A DNA stretch of 38,433 bases, from positions 1-38,433 of the forward strand of contig JBOFDD010000141.1 of the NCBI GenBank assembly GCA_051646645.1, given 5' to 3'. The notes beneath the pieces are model-generated. The model worked only from the letters and a program-made list of their open reading frames with translations. It did not search any database and was not told the DNA's origin. Position numbers and translations under genes: made by a program. Source of the DNA: Bacteroidales bacterium (GTDB taxonomy: Bacteria; Bacteroidota; Bacteroidia; Bacteroidales; UBA7332). This document shows positions 24,288 through 35,062 of this stretch, piece by piece (positions within the stretch are counted from its first letter, which is position 1; each line of letters opens with the position of its first letter).

Positions 24288-25910
24288 ATGAATTACAGAA
24301 GTCTATTATCATTCATTTTACTGCTACTGATGCCGAATATTTGCGCTTCAGTCGAAAAACAAAGGGAGCTATTAGACAAAGCCGCAGATTTGCTTTACGA
24401 GAGTCCTTCACAATCGGCATTAATAACCGAGAAAGTTCTTAACCAACTGAGTGAGCATAATGAGGAGAATCACGACATTTATATTGAAGCATTAACCATA
24501 TTAGGACGCTCATATGATCTTCAGGGTGATTTTGATTTAGGAATCCAGGTATATCACGATGCTCTTGATCTTTGTAATCCATCTGACAAAAGACTGATTG
24601 CACTGATTAACCTGCGTATGTGCTCCTTGTATCGCTGCCTCAAAGATTTCAGTAAATCATACGAATTCATTGAAACAGCAACCTCTATGTATAAAGCTCT
24701 CGGCGACTCGAGTGGTATTGCGCAATGCTATAATTCACGGGGACTAATCCATACAACTCTTGAAGAAAACAAGGCTGCTGAGAAATATTTCCTGCAAGCT
24801 CTTGAGATTAACCGTAAGATCAATGATCAAAAATCTGTTGCAGCCAACCTGAATAACCTATGTCTTTATGAAGGAAACTCCGAAGAAAAAATAAAACTGC
24901 TTGAAGAGGCTATTTCAATTAACCGGGCTCGAAATGCAAACTGGCCTTTAGGTGAGAATTATAATAACATGGGAATTCAGTATTTCTATGCAGGAAACTA
25001 TAGAATGGCCTTAACAATGCTTGATAAGGCAATGACTTACGCTGAAAAATTAAATGCGAAAGAGCTCATGTGCGACAATTACAGATACAAATCATGGGTT
25101 TATGACAGTTTGCACCGGTATGACAAAGCCTATTCCTGCTTTCTGAAACTCTACGAAATGGAGCAACAGATTCAGTCTGAAAAGAATCTGAGAAATATTG
25201 AGCGTTCTATGTCTCAAAAAGCTTTATTGAAAAAAGCAGGACAAATTCAGCTAATGGATCAGATGCATAAAAACCAGATTCTTAAAAACTCATTGATATT
25301 TAGTGTATCCTTACTTATTCTTGGCATTTTCTCATTATCCATTTTCTGGAAAAGAGACAAAGACCGCAAACGCTCTGAGCTGTACAGAACCAAACTTGAA
25401 CTCGAACAGAGTAACTCGGAGTTATTAAAACTGAAACTCCGCCAGGAAGAAATTGAAAAACAAAAAATGGAAACTAAGCTCTCAACGAATAAAAGAGATC
25501 TTACAAACTTCGCATACTACATTCGGAGCCGGAATGAAATGCTGTCAAAAATCAAAGATCAGATAAAAGAGGCATACAGAATGGACCATTCTCTCATTCA
25601 CTCTCACCTCCGCCGGATTAGTGCTTTTATTAGTCAGTACGAAACATCTGACGATAATAAGCTTCTTGTTGTTACAGAAATAGAACAATATAACGAAGAT
25701 TTCATTAGCAGACTGGACCAAAAACATCCGGATCTGACTAAATCAGAAAAGCAACTCTCGGCTTTTTTACGTATTGAATTAAGTACAAAAGAGATTTGTT
25801 TAATGACCGGCTCAAATATTAAAGCAATAAATATGGCGCGTTACAGACTCCGGAAACGCTTAAATCTTAATCCGGAAGATTCAATTTCAGAATATTTACA
25901 AAACATCTGA
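24288..25910 (+). CDS. Membrane-spanning one-component regulator: exported TPR sensor domain, single TM helix, coiled coil, C-terminal LuxR/GerE-type HTH (copy 2, heads PUL-2)
   Basis: Preferred start is MNYRSLLSFILLLLMPNICAS at 24288; the track ORF starts at 24183. Multiple TPRs (ALTILGRSYDLQGDFDLGIQVYHDALDL, AQCYNSRGLIHTTLEENKAAEKYFLQALEI, NYNNMGIQYFYAGNYRMALTMLDKAMTYAE). TM helix SLIFSVSLLILGIFSLSIFW followed by KRDKDRKR. HTH LTKSEKQLSAFLRIELSTKEICLMTGSNIKAINMARYRLRKRL. Confidence 0.75.
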   Translation: MNYRSLLSFILLLLMPNICASVEKQRELLDKAADLLYESPSQSALITEKVLNQLSEHNEENHDIYIEALTILGRSYDLQGDFDLGIQVYHDALDLCNPSDKRLIALINLRMCSLYRCLKDFSKSYEFIETATSMYKALGDSSGIAQCYNSRGLIHTTLEENKAAEKYFLQALEINRKINDQKSVAANLNNLCLYEGNSEEKIKLLEEAISINRARNANWPLGENYNNMGIQYFYAGNYRMALTMLDKAMTYAEKLNAKELMCDNYRYKSWVYDSLHRYDKAYSCFLKLYEMEQQIQSEKNLRNIERSMSQKALLKKAGQIQLMDQMHKNQILKNSLIFSVSLLILGIFSLSIFWKRDKDRKRSELYRTKLELEQSNSELLKLKLRQEEIEKQKMETKLSTNKRDLTNFAYYIRSRNEMLSKIKDQIKEAYRMDHSLIHSHLRRISAFISQYETSDDNKLLVVTEIEQYNEDFISRLDQKHPDLTKSEKQLSAFLRIELSTKEICLMTGSNIKAINMARYRLRKRLNLNPEDSISEYLQNI

Positions 25911-25965
25911 TTGTAGTGGTATATCACAAACGTAATTATTGATTATCAATGTGTTATACGGAATA

Positions 25966-26029
25966 TTGTAGGTGATATTATTGATAAAAATAACGAATTG
26001 TAGGTCTTGCGTAGGTGATAATATATTTT
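25966..26029 (+). promoter_or_regulatory. Direct TTGTAGGTGATA-type repeats plus a near-consensus -7 box upstream of susC-2
   Basis: TTGTAGGTGATA at 25966-25977, TTGTAGGT at 25998-26005, GTAGGTGATA at 26011-26020, and a looser TTGTAGTGGTATA at 25911. TATATTTT at 26022-26029 has one mismatch to TAnnTTTG. Confidence 0.35.
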
Positions 26030-26095
26030 ACAGAAACAAAAGTCACCCCATATATTAGCCGACGAAAAAAATTATCAACCTATAATTTTCAATCC

Positions 26096-29000
26096 ATGAA
26101 GTACCTAACAAGTCCAAGAGTTGCAAGTCCTCACTGGAGGATTATTCTACTTACTCTGTTTCTATTACCATTTAGTTTGTACGCACAAACTTATCTTCTG
26201 AAAGGAAGTGTTTTTGACAATGCTAACGAACCGTTAGTTGGGGCAAATATCCAGATCAAAGGAACACAAACAGGCACATTGGCTGATGTCGATGGTGGAT
26301 TCCAGTTAGAAGTTCTGCCAAATCAGACTCTGATTGTTTCATTTGTGGGATATAAGATGCAGGAAATTCCGGTAAACGGAAGAAAATCAATTAAAGTTGT
26401 ATTAACTGAAGATTCACAGCTTCTGAATGAAACAGTTGTTGTCGGATACGGAACTATGAAAAAAAGCGACTTAACAGGAGCTATTTCTTCCGTAGATGTT
26501 AATGATCTTTCGAAAAGAGCTACTACCAATCCGGCTGAAGCACTGCAAGGTAAGATTGCAGGTGTGAACGTTCAGAAATCAGGTGGAAATGCAGGATCGG
26601 GCGTTCGCGTAAAAATCCGCGGGGTGAAATCTTTCGGCAGCAATGAACCGCTTTACATTATTGATGGCTTTCCGGGAGACATCAACAGTGTGAATCCAAG
26701 CGACATTGAATCGATGGAGGTATTGAAAGATGGTGCCGCAGCAGCTATCTATGGTTCTGTTGCTGCAAATGGTGTTATTATCGTTACTACAAAAAGCGGT
26801 AAAAAAGGGGACATCAAGGTCGATTTCAACACCTACCTTTCATTCTCAAGTGTAGACAAAAAACTGGATATGCTTGATGCTGACGGTTATGTAAAGGTTC
26901 ATGAGCAAATGTACAAGAACTACTACAATGATGAAGGTAAACCTGCTACTTACCCTGAATACGTTACAAATCCGGGTAATGTAAATACCGACTGGCAAAA
27001 AGAAGCTTTCCGCAATTCATTCTCTCAGAATTACATGGTCGGAGTTCGTGGTGGCGGAGATGCTGCACGTTTCTCTATGTCTTATAACCATGCTGATGAT
27101 GAAGGTACAATTATAGGGAATGACTACAAACTTGATAATGCAAGAATGAAAGTTGACTTCTCGAAATATATCTTCGATGTAGATGCAAATATCGGAATCA
27201 AAGCTACAAGCAACAACCAGCCTAAATTCCAGTTGAAAGAGATGTATATGATCTCTCCTTTAGTTCCTGTTTATGACGAAAACAATAAATATGGTTTTGG
27301 TCTGACTAATTTCAAGGAAATTCCTAATAACCGTAACGTTATTGCTGATGATCATTTCAGAACAAGAAGCAACAAAACAAAAGAATATAATGCCAATATC
27401 TCTGTAAACGTTAACATCACTGATTGGTTAAAATTCAAAACAGCCTATTCATTCCGTGGGGCAAACAACTTGAGCACATCACATTATCCGGATTATATCG
27501 CAGACGTTAAAGCACCGAACGAATATCCTTTCTACTCAGAATATGCATCTTACTGGCAGTCTCAGGTGTTTGATAACACTTTGAGCTTTGATAAACAAAT
27601 CAAAAAGAACTCGATCAATGCAATGGTGGGTGCTTCAATCACAAGAGAAATATCAACATGGCATGAAGTTGGCGCAGAAGGTAAAAAAACAGAATACTCT
27701 GTTATTGATGGCAAACTTGTTACGACTGTCAGACCTGGTGGATTCCTGGATCCTAACTTCCAGACAATCGGAGCCGGTACAGGCGGTACTTACTACGGAA
27801 GCGGTTCGAAATATGAATACAACCGTGCTTCTTTCTTTGGTCGCGTAAACTATTCTTATGATAGCAGATACCTGTTCCAGGCAACACTTCGTTATGACGG
27901 TTCTTCAAAATTCGGTTCTGAAAGCCGTTGGGGATTCTTCCCTTCTGTAGCTTTGGGATGGAGAATCAACCAGGAATCATTCTTCCCTGAAACAGACGTT
28001 ATCAGTAACTTGAAACTAAGAGCAAGCTGGGGGCGTCTTGGTAATGAAGGAGCACTTGGCTACTATGACTTCTTAGCTCTGATAAATACATATAATAATA
28101 TGTTTATGGGGTATGTACAAGGTTCCGGCGAAAATCCATGGCCGGGAAGTATTGCTCCGGGACTTGAAAACCGTGATCTTAAATGGGAAACGACTGACAC
28201 TAAAAACATCGGTCTTGACTATGGTTTCCTTGACAACCGCCTTTATGGTAGCTTGAACTACTACTACAACAAAACAAATGATTTGCTTATCACAAAGGTT
28301 CTTCCTCCGTCAGCAGGTTTGTACGATCCTATCCTTAACGTAGGTAAGATCAAAAACAGCGGTGTTGAAATCGAAGTAAACTGGAATGACAAAATTAGAG
28401 ACTTTCAGTATAATGTTGGCTTCAACCTTACTACTATCAATAATAAAGTATTAGAACTGGCATCTCCTGATCAGGTTCTTTACGGCGAAGGTTTGAAATA
28501 CGGATCTGAGCACTTCCCTACTCAGACTCGCGTTGGTAAAACAATTGGCGGATTCTATCTGTATAAAACAGATGGTATATTCCAGAGTATGGACGAAGTG
28601 AATGCTCACGTAAATAAAGATGGTGATTTAATTCAGCCAAATGCTAAACCGGGCGATATCCGCTTTGCTGATATCAACGGTGACGGTGAGATCAATGAAG
28701 ATGATAAAGAATACTGTGGTGCCGGTATACCTAAGGTAGAGGCAAACCTTTCTTTAGGAGCAAGCTACAAAGGTTTTGATTTCTCAGTTGTATTTGGTAG
28801 TGCATGGGGACATAAAATCTACAATGGTAACAGATATTTCTATGAGGGAATGGCTTCCGGCTCTAACTTCCTGAAATCATCTCTTAATGCATGGACTCCG
28901 GAAAACACAAACACGGATATTCCTCGTGCTGTTCTTCAGGATAAAAATGGTAATGCTCGTGAATCGGATCGTTTCCTTGAAAACGGGAACTTCCTTCGTA

Positions 29001-29224
29001 TGAGACAACTTCAGTTCGGATATACACTTCCATCTCAGCTTACCAAAAAAGCATGGATTGAAAGTCTGAGAGTATATGTAAGTGGTGAAAACTTATGGAC
29101 ATGGAGCAACTACAGCGGTATAGATCCGGAGTTCTCTCGCGCAAGTGTACTTAACTCTGGTATTGACAATCTGATTTATCCATTCAACCGCACTTATGTT
29201 GTTGGTTTGCAAGTAGTATTTTAA
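26096..29224 (+). CDS. SusC/RagA-family TonB-dependent outer-membrane transporter (PUL-2, no STN domain)
   Basis: Preferred start is MKYLTSPRVASPHWRIILLTLFLLPFSLYA/Q at 26096. CarboxypepD_reg-like LKGSVFDNANEPLVGANIQIKGT, plug ETVVVGYGTMKKSDLTGAISSV, LRASWGRLGNEG, and barrel end ..YVVGLQVVF. Confidence 0.9.
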   Translation: MKYLTSPRVASPHWRIILLTLFLLPFSLYAQTYLLKGSVFDNANEPLVGANIQIKGTQTGTLADVDGGFQLEVLPNQTLIVSFVGYKMQEIPVNGRKSIKVVLTEDSQLLNETVVVGYGTMKKSDLTGAISSVDVNDLSKRATTNPAEALQGKIAGVNVQKSGGNAGSGVRVKIRGVKSFGSNEPLYIIDGFPGDINSVNPSDIESMEVLKDGAAAAIYGSVAANGVIIVTTKSGKKGDIKVDFNTYLSFSSVDKKLDMLDADGYVKVHEQMYKNYYNDEGKPATYPEYVTNPGNVNTDWQKEAFRNSFSQNYMVGVRGGGDAARFSMSYNHADDEGTIIGNDYKLDNARMKVDFSKYIFDVDANIGIKATSNNQPKFQLKEMYMISPLVPVYDENNKYGFGLTNFKEIPNNRNVIADDHFRTRSNKTKEYNANISVNVNITDWLKFKTAYSFRGANNLSTSHYPDYIADVKAPNEYPFYSEYASYWQSQVFDNTLSFDKQIKKNSINAMVGASITREISTWHEVGAEGKKTEYSVIDGKLVTTVRPGGFLDPNFQTIGAGTGGTYYGSGSKYEYNRASFFGRVNYSYDSRYLFQATLRYDGSSKFGSESRWGFFPSVALGWRINQESFFPETDVISNLKLRASWGRLGNEGALGYYDFLALINTYNNMFMGYVQGSGENPWPGSIAPGLENRDLKWETTDTKNIGLDYGFLDNRLYGSLNYYYNKTNDLLITKVLPPSAGLYDPILNVGKIKNSGVEIEVNWNDKIRDFQYNVGFNLTTINNKVLELASPDQVLYGEGLKYGSEHFPTQTRVGKTIGGFYLYKTDGIFQSMDEVNAHVNKDGDLIQPNAKPGDIRFADINGDGEINEDDKEYCGAGIPKVEANLSLGASYKGFDFSVVFGSAWGHKIYNGNRYFYEGMASGSNFLKSSLNAWTPENTNTDIPRAVLQDKNGNARESDRFLENGNFLRMRQLQFGYTLPSQLTKKAWIESLRVYVSGENLWTWSNYSGIDPEFSRASVLNSGIDNLIYPFNRTYVVGLQVVF

Positions 29225-29231
29225 CCTATAA

Positions 29232-30767
29232 ATGAAGAAACCTATGAAAAAGATATTTATATCCATCGCCACTGTCTTGTCTCTAATGACGATGAGTTCA
29301 TGCGAAGATTTTTTAACTGTAGAGTCACCCGATCAGTTAACCTCTTCCTCTTTCTGGCGAAATAAAGCCGATGCTGAGGCTGGATTAGCTGCTGCGTATT
29401 CAAAAATGGAATCTTCAACAGACGTTTGGGGATTTGCTGAGATTCACTGGCCTGTTGAGGCATACCGGGAAGATATTATCAATATGGGGAATGATGCATT
29501 AAACTACCAGAACTGGACAGAACTCGCATTATTTACATATGGCAACGGGAACTCGCAGTTCTCGCTTTACTGGCAGGATAATTATGCTGGTATAAGCTAC
29601 TGTAACCAGGTTATCGAAAAAGTATCGGAAATTCCTGATGTTGCAATCACGCCGGAGGATCGTGCCAAAATCATCAATGAAGCACACTTCTTAAGAGCTT
29701 ATTATCACACAAAACTACTAATGAACTGGCACGATGTGGTTATTCGTGACAAATACATAACTTCTCAGGCTGATTTGAGTAAAGCACTTTCATCAAGAAC
29801 TGAATGCTGGGATTTTGTACTAAACGATCTGGCTATTGCTACTGCACTTCCGGCAGAGCAAGCATCTGAAAATCTGGGTAGAGCAACAAAAGGTGCTGCT
29901 TACTCCTATATGGGATGGATTTATCTGACCCGCGCTTATGAAGAAAGCGGCCGAAAAGATGAGTTTTTGAACAAAGCCGTAGATGCTTTTAAAAATGTAA
30001 CAGGTTATGAGTTGGAGAAAAACTTCCTGAGCATGTTTAACGGCACAAACAAAAACAGCAAAGAGTCAATCTTTGAACTTCAGTTTACTATGTCAAACGC
30101 GAATGGAGCAAACTACCGTACTGCTCTTCACAGATGGATTGGCGTTAGCGAACTTTGGGGATGGGATGAGATTCTTCCGAGTGAAAGCCTGATGACTGAA
30201 TATATGAAAGAAGGTAAGATCGCAACAACAGGTAGATATGATTCCAGACTTTATGCTAGTATTTTCTTCCAGGATGAATACTTCAACGATGGTTCAGGTA
30301 AAGTCTATGGTTATAACTATGACGACTGGTTCCAGAACTCAGAGGGCGTTGCTTATAACAGACCTGCTTTCCGCAAATTTATGCCTGCGACTTATGCAGA
30401 CCTTGAAATGTCGAGAACAGCTGTAAATATTCCTTTAATGCGCTACTCTAACGTTCTTTTGATGTACGCTGAAGCATTAAATGAGCTTGGCAGAACCAGC
30501 GAGGCTATTCCTTTTATTAATAAAGTAAGAGAAAGAGCTGATATGCCAGCAATGACAGGAACGTCACAGGCAGACGTAAGAGCTCAGATTGAGCATGAAC
30601 GTATCCTTGAGTTCCCGCTGGAAAACTACCGTTTCTATGATTTGAGAAGATGGGGAAAAGCGAAAGAAGCTCTTGCAGCTGTCGGACGTAAAACTTTTGA
30701 TCCTCAGAAAAATAATTTTTATCCGGTTCCCTTAACCGAGATAAATTCTAACGATCTGGTTAATTAA
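29232..30767 (+). CDS. SusD/RagB-family nutrient-binding outer-membrane lipoprotein (PUL-2)
   Basis: Lipoprotein signal ..VLSLMTMSSC. AHFLRAYYHTKLLMNW, RYSNVLLMYAEALNELG, HERILEFPLENYRFYDLRRWG and FYPVPLTEINSN. Starts 7 nt after susC-2. Confidence 0.9.
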   Translation: MKKPMKKIFISIATVLSLMTMSSCEDFLTVESPDQLTSSSFWRNKADAEAGLAAAYSKMESSTDVWGFAEIHWPVEAYREDIINMGNDALNYQNWTELALFTYGNGNSQFSLYWQDNYAGISYCNQVIEKVSEIPDVAITPEDRAKIINEAHFLRAYYHTKLLMNWHDVVIRDKYITSQADLSKALSSRTECWDFVLNDLAIATALPAEQASENLGRATKGAAYSYMGWIYLTRAYEESGRKDEFLNKAVDAFKNVTGYELEKNFLSMFNGTNKNSKESIFELQFTMSNANGANYRTALHRWIGVSELWGWDEILPSESLMTEYMKEGKIATTGRYDSRLYASIFFQDEYFNDGSGKVYGYNYDDWFQNSEGVAYNRPAFRKFMPATYADLEMSRTAVNIPLMRYSNVLLMYAEALNELGRTSEAIPFINKVRERADMPAMTGTSQADVRAQIEHERILEFPLENYRFYDLRRWGKAKEALAAVGRKTFDPQKNNFYPVPLTEINSNDLVN

Positions 30768-30779
30768 TCTATTTTTTAT

Positions 30780-30805
30780 CGGCGGAGCGTGTGAATGCTC
30801 CGCCG
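30780..30805 (+). terminator. GC-rich hairpin after susD-2 (terminator-like, no clear U-tract)
   Basis: CGGCGGAGC (30780-30788) pairs perfectly with GCTCCGCCG (30797-30805), with an 8-nt loop. Confidence 0.45.
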
Positions 30806-30824
30806 AAATTAATATCAGTAATTT

Positions 30825-31109
30825 ATGTTCATTGTCGTAGCACTGTTAGTTTCAGGTATTTTCCTTGGCTTTATTCTGCGGGATAAAGGAATTGAAAAGG
30901 TCAACCGGTTTATTACTCCTTTAATCTGGTTACTTCTTTTTCTGTTAGGAATTACTGTTGGTAAAGATCCGAAAATAATGCAGGGATTAACCACAATAGG
31001 TATTGATGCACTAATCATTACTTCTTTTGCTGTATTGGGAAGCGTAATTGCGGCATGGGGACTTTTACAATTGTTGAACCGCGCTAAATCTAAAAAAAAT
31101 GAAGGGTAG
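30825..31109 (+). CDS. LysO (YbjE) family lysine exporter, N-terminal segment encoded as a separate 94-aa ORF
   Basis: Three hydrophobic helices. Collinear with the first ~90 residues of E. coli YbjE/LysO (LIWLLLFLLGITVG vs MVYLILFFMGISLA). Confidence 0.7.
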   Translation: MFIVVALLVSGIFLGFILRDKGIEKVNRFITPLIWLLLFLLGITVGKDPKIMQGLTTIGIDALIITSFAVLGSVIAAWGLLQLLNRAKSKKNEG

Positions 31110-31701
31110 TATCATTATTGTTTCCTTCTTCATTCTTGGGGTACTATGTGGAAACTACGAACTTTTACCCGGCTGGATATTAGAATCAGATTATAGCCTC
31201 TATGCACTCTGGTTGTTAATGTTCTGTGTCGGAATAAGTGTAGGGTCTGATAAAAAAGCTTTACATAGTATCCGGAATATTGAACGGGGATATATCTGGC
31301 TTCCTGTATTCACAATCATTGGCACATTAGCAGGTTCTGCCATATCTGTATTCTTCATCAACGGATATTCGGTATCTGATTGTCTGGCTGTAGGATCGGG
31401 ATTTGGTTATTATTCCCTCTCCAGCATTTTTATTACTCAGTACAAAGGTCCTGAACTTGGAACAATCGCACTGATTTCAAACATCTGCAGAGAAATTATC
31501 ACCTTGCTGTTCACGCCTGTTCTGGTATATATTTTTGGAAAACTTGCTCCCATTTCGTGCGGAGGAGCAACCACAATGGACACAACTTTACCTGTTATTA
31601 CGAAATACAGCGGAAAAGAGATGGCAGTCATTGCTATTTTTCATGGAATAACCGTAGACTTCACCGTTCCTTTTCTTGTAACTTTCTTCGCTACCTTATA
31701 G
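31099..31701 (+). CDS. lysO: LysO (YbjE) family lysine exporter, main DUF340-type segment
   Basis: GSGFGYYSLSSIFIT, ISNICREIITLLFTP, CGGATTMDTTLPVI and IFHGITVDFTVPFLV match ASGFGWYSLSGILLT, FNDLARELIAIMLIP, CGATSMDFTLPVL and IVHGFILSLLVP of E. coli LysO. Overlaps the upstream ORF by 11 nt at an A8 run. Confidence 0.8.
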   Translation: MKGSIIIVSFFILGVLCGNYELLPGWILESDYSLYALWLLMFCVGISVGSDKKALHSIRNIERGYIWLPVFTIIGTLAGSAISVFFINGYSVSDCLAVGSGFGYYSLSSIFITQYKGPELGTIALISNICREIITLLFTPVLVYIFGKLAPISCGGATTMDTTLPVITKYSGKEMAVIAIFHGITVDFTVPFLVTFFATL

Positions 31702-31702
31702 C

Positions 31703-31884
31703 AAGTAATATCAATAATTTATTGTGACATTTTAAATAGATATAAAACCTAAGATTTCGGATTTTTTTAGGTCTGTTTTCCTTTTTCTCTCCTTGATTTA
31801 GCCCGCTAAATCTGCGTTTCGAAAAATAAAAACATCCTCTAAAATTATCTCGAAAAATGCAACACTAAATTCTTTCTATTACTT
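31703..31884 (+). repeat. Copy B of the 182-bp PUL-boundary intergenic repeat (partner at 6266-6447)
   Basis: Same orientation and length as copy A, about 89% identical and ungapped. Starts 1 nt after the lysO stop and ends 26 nt before the GH2 ATG. Carries the GATTTAGCCCGCTAAATC near-palindrome at 31795-31812. Confidence 0.9.
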
Positions 31885-31889
31885 AGTAA

Positions 31890-35036
<3,147 letters not shown>

Positions 35037-35062
35037 ACCCTTTTAATTTTTAATTTCGTACA

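Noticed and set aside
26015-26095. N-terminal extensions of track ORFs (26015 for susC-2, 24183 for the regulator, 12735 for fecR, 2613 for the porin)
   Set aside because: The internal ATGs (26096, 24288, 12672, 2571) each give a canonical signal peptide or a canonical family N-terminus. The extensions add unnatural residues upstream of those signals.
6266-31884. The two 182-bp direct repeats as att sites of a 25-kb mobile element, or as the template/variable repeats of a diversity-generating retroelement
   Set aside because: There is no integrase, excisionase, transfer or reverse-transcriptase gene between or beside them. The repeats are only about 89% identical, whereas att cores are normally identical. 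The mismatches are not adenine-specific, and neither copy lies inside a coding region.
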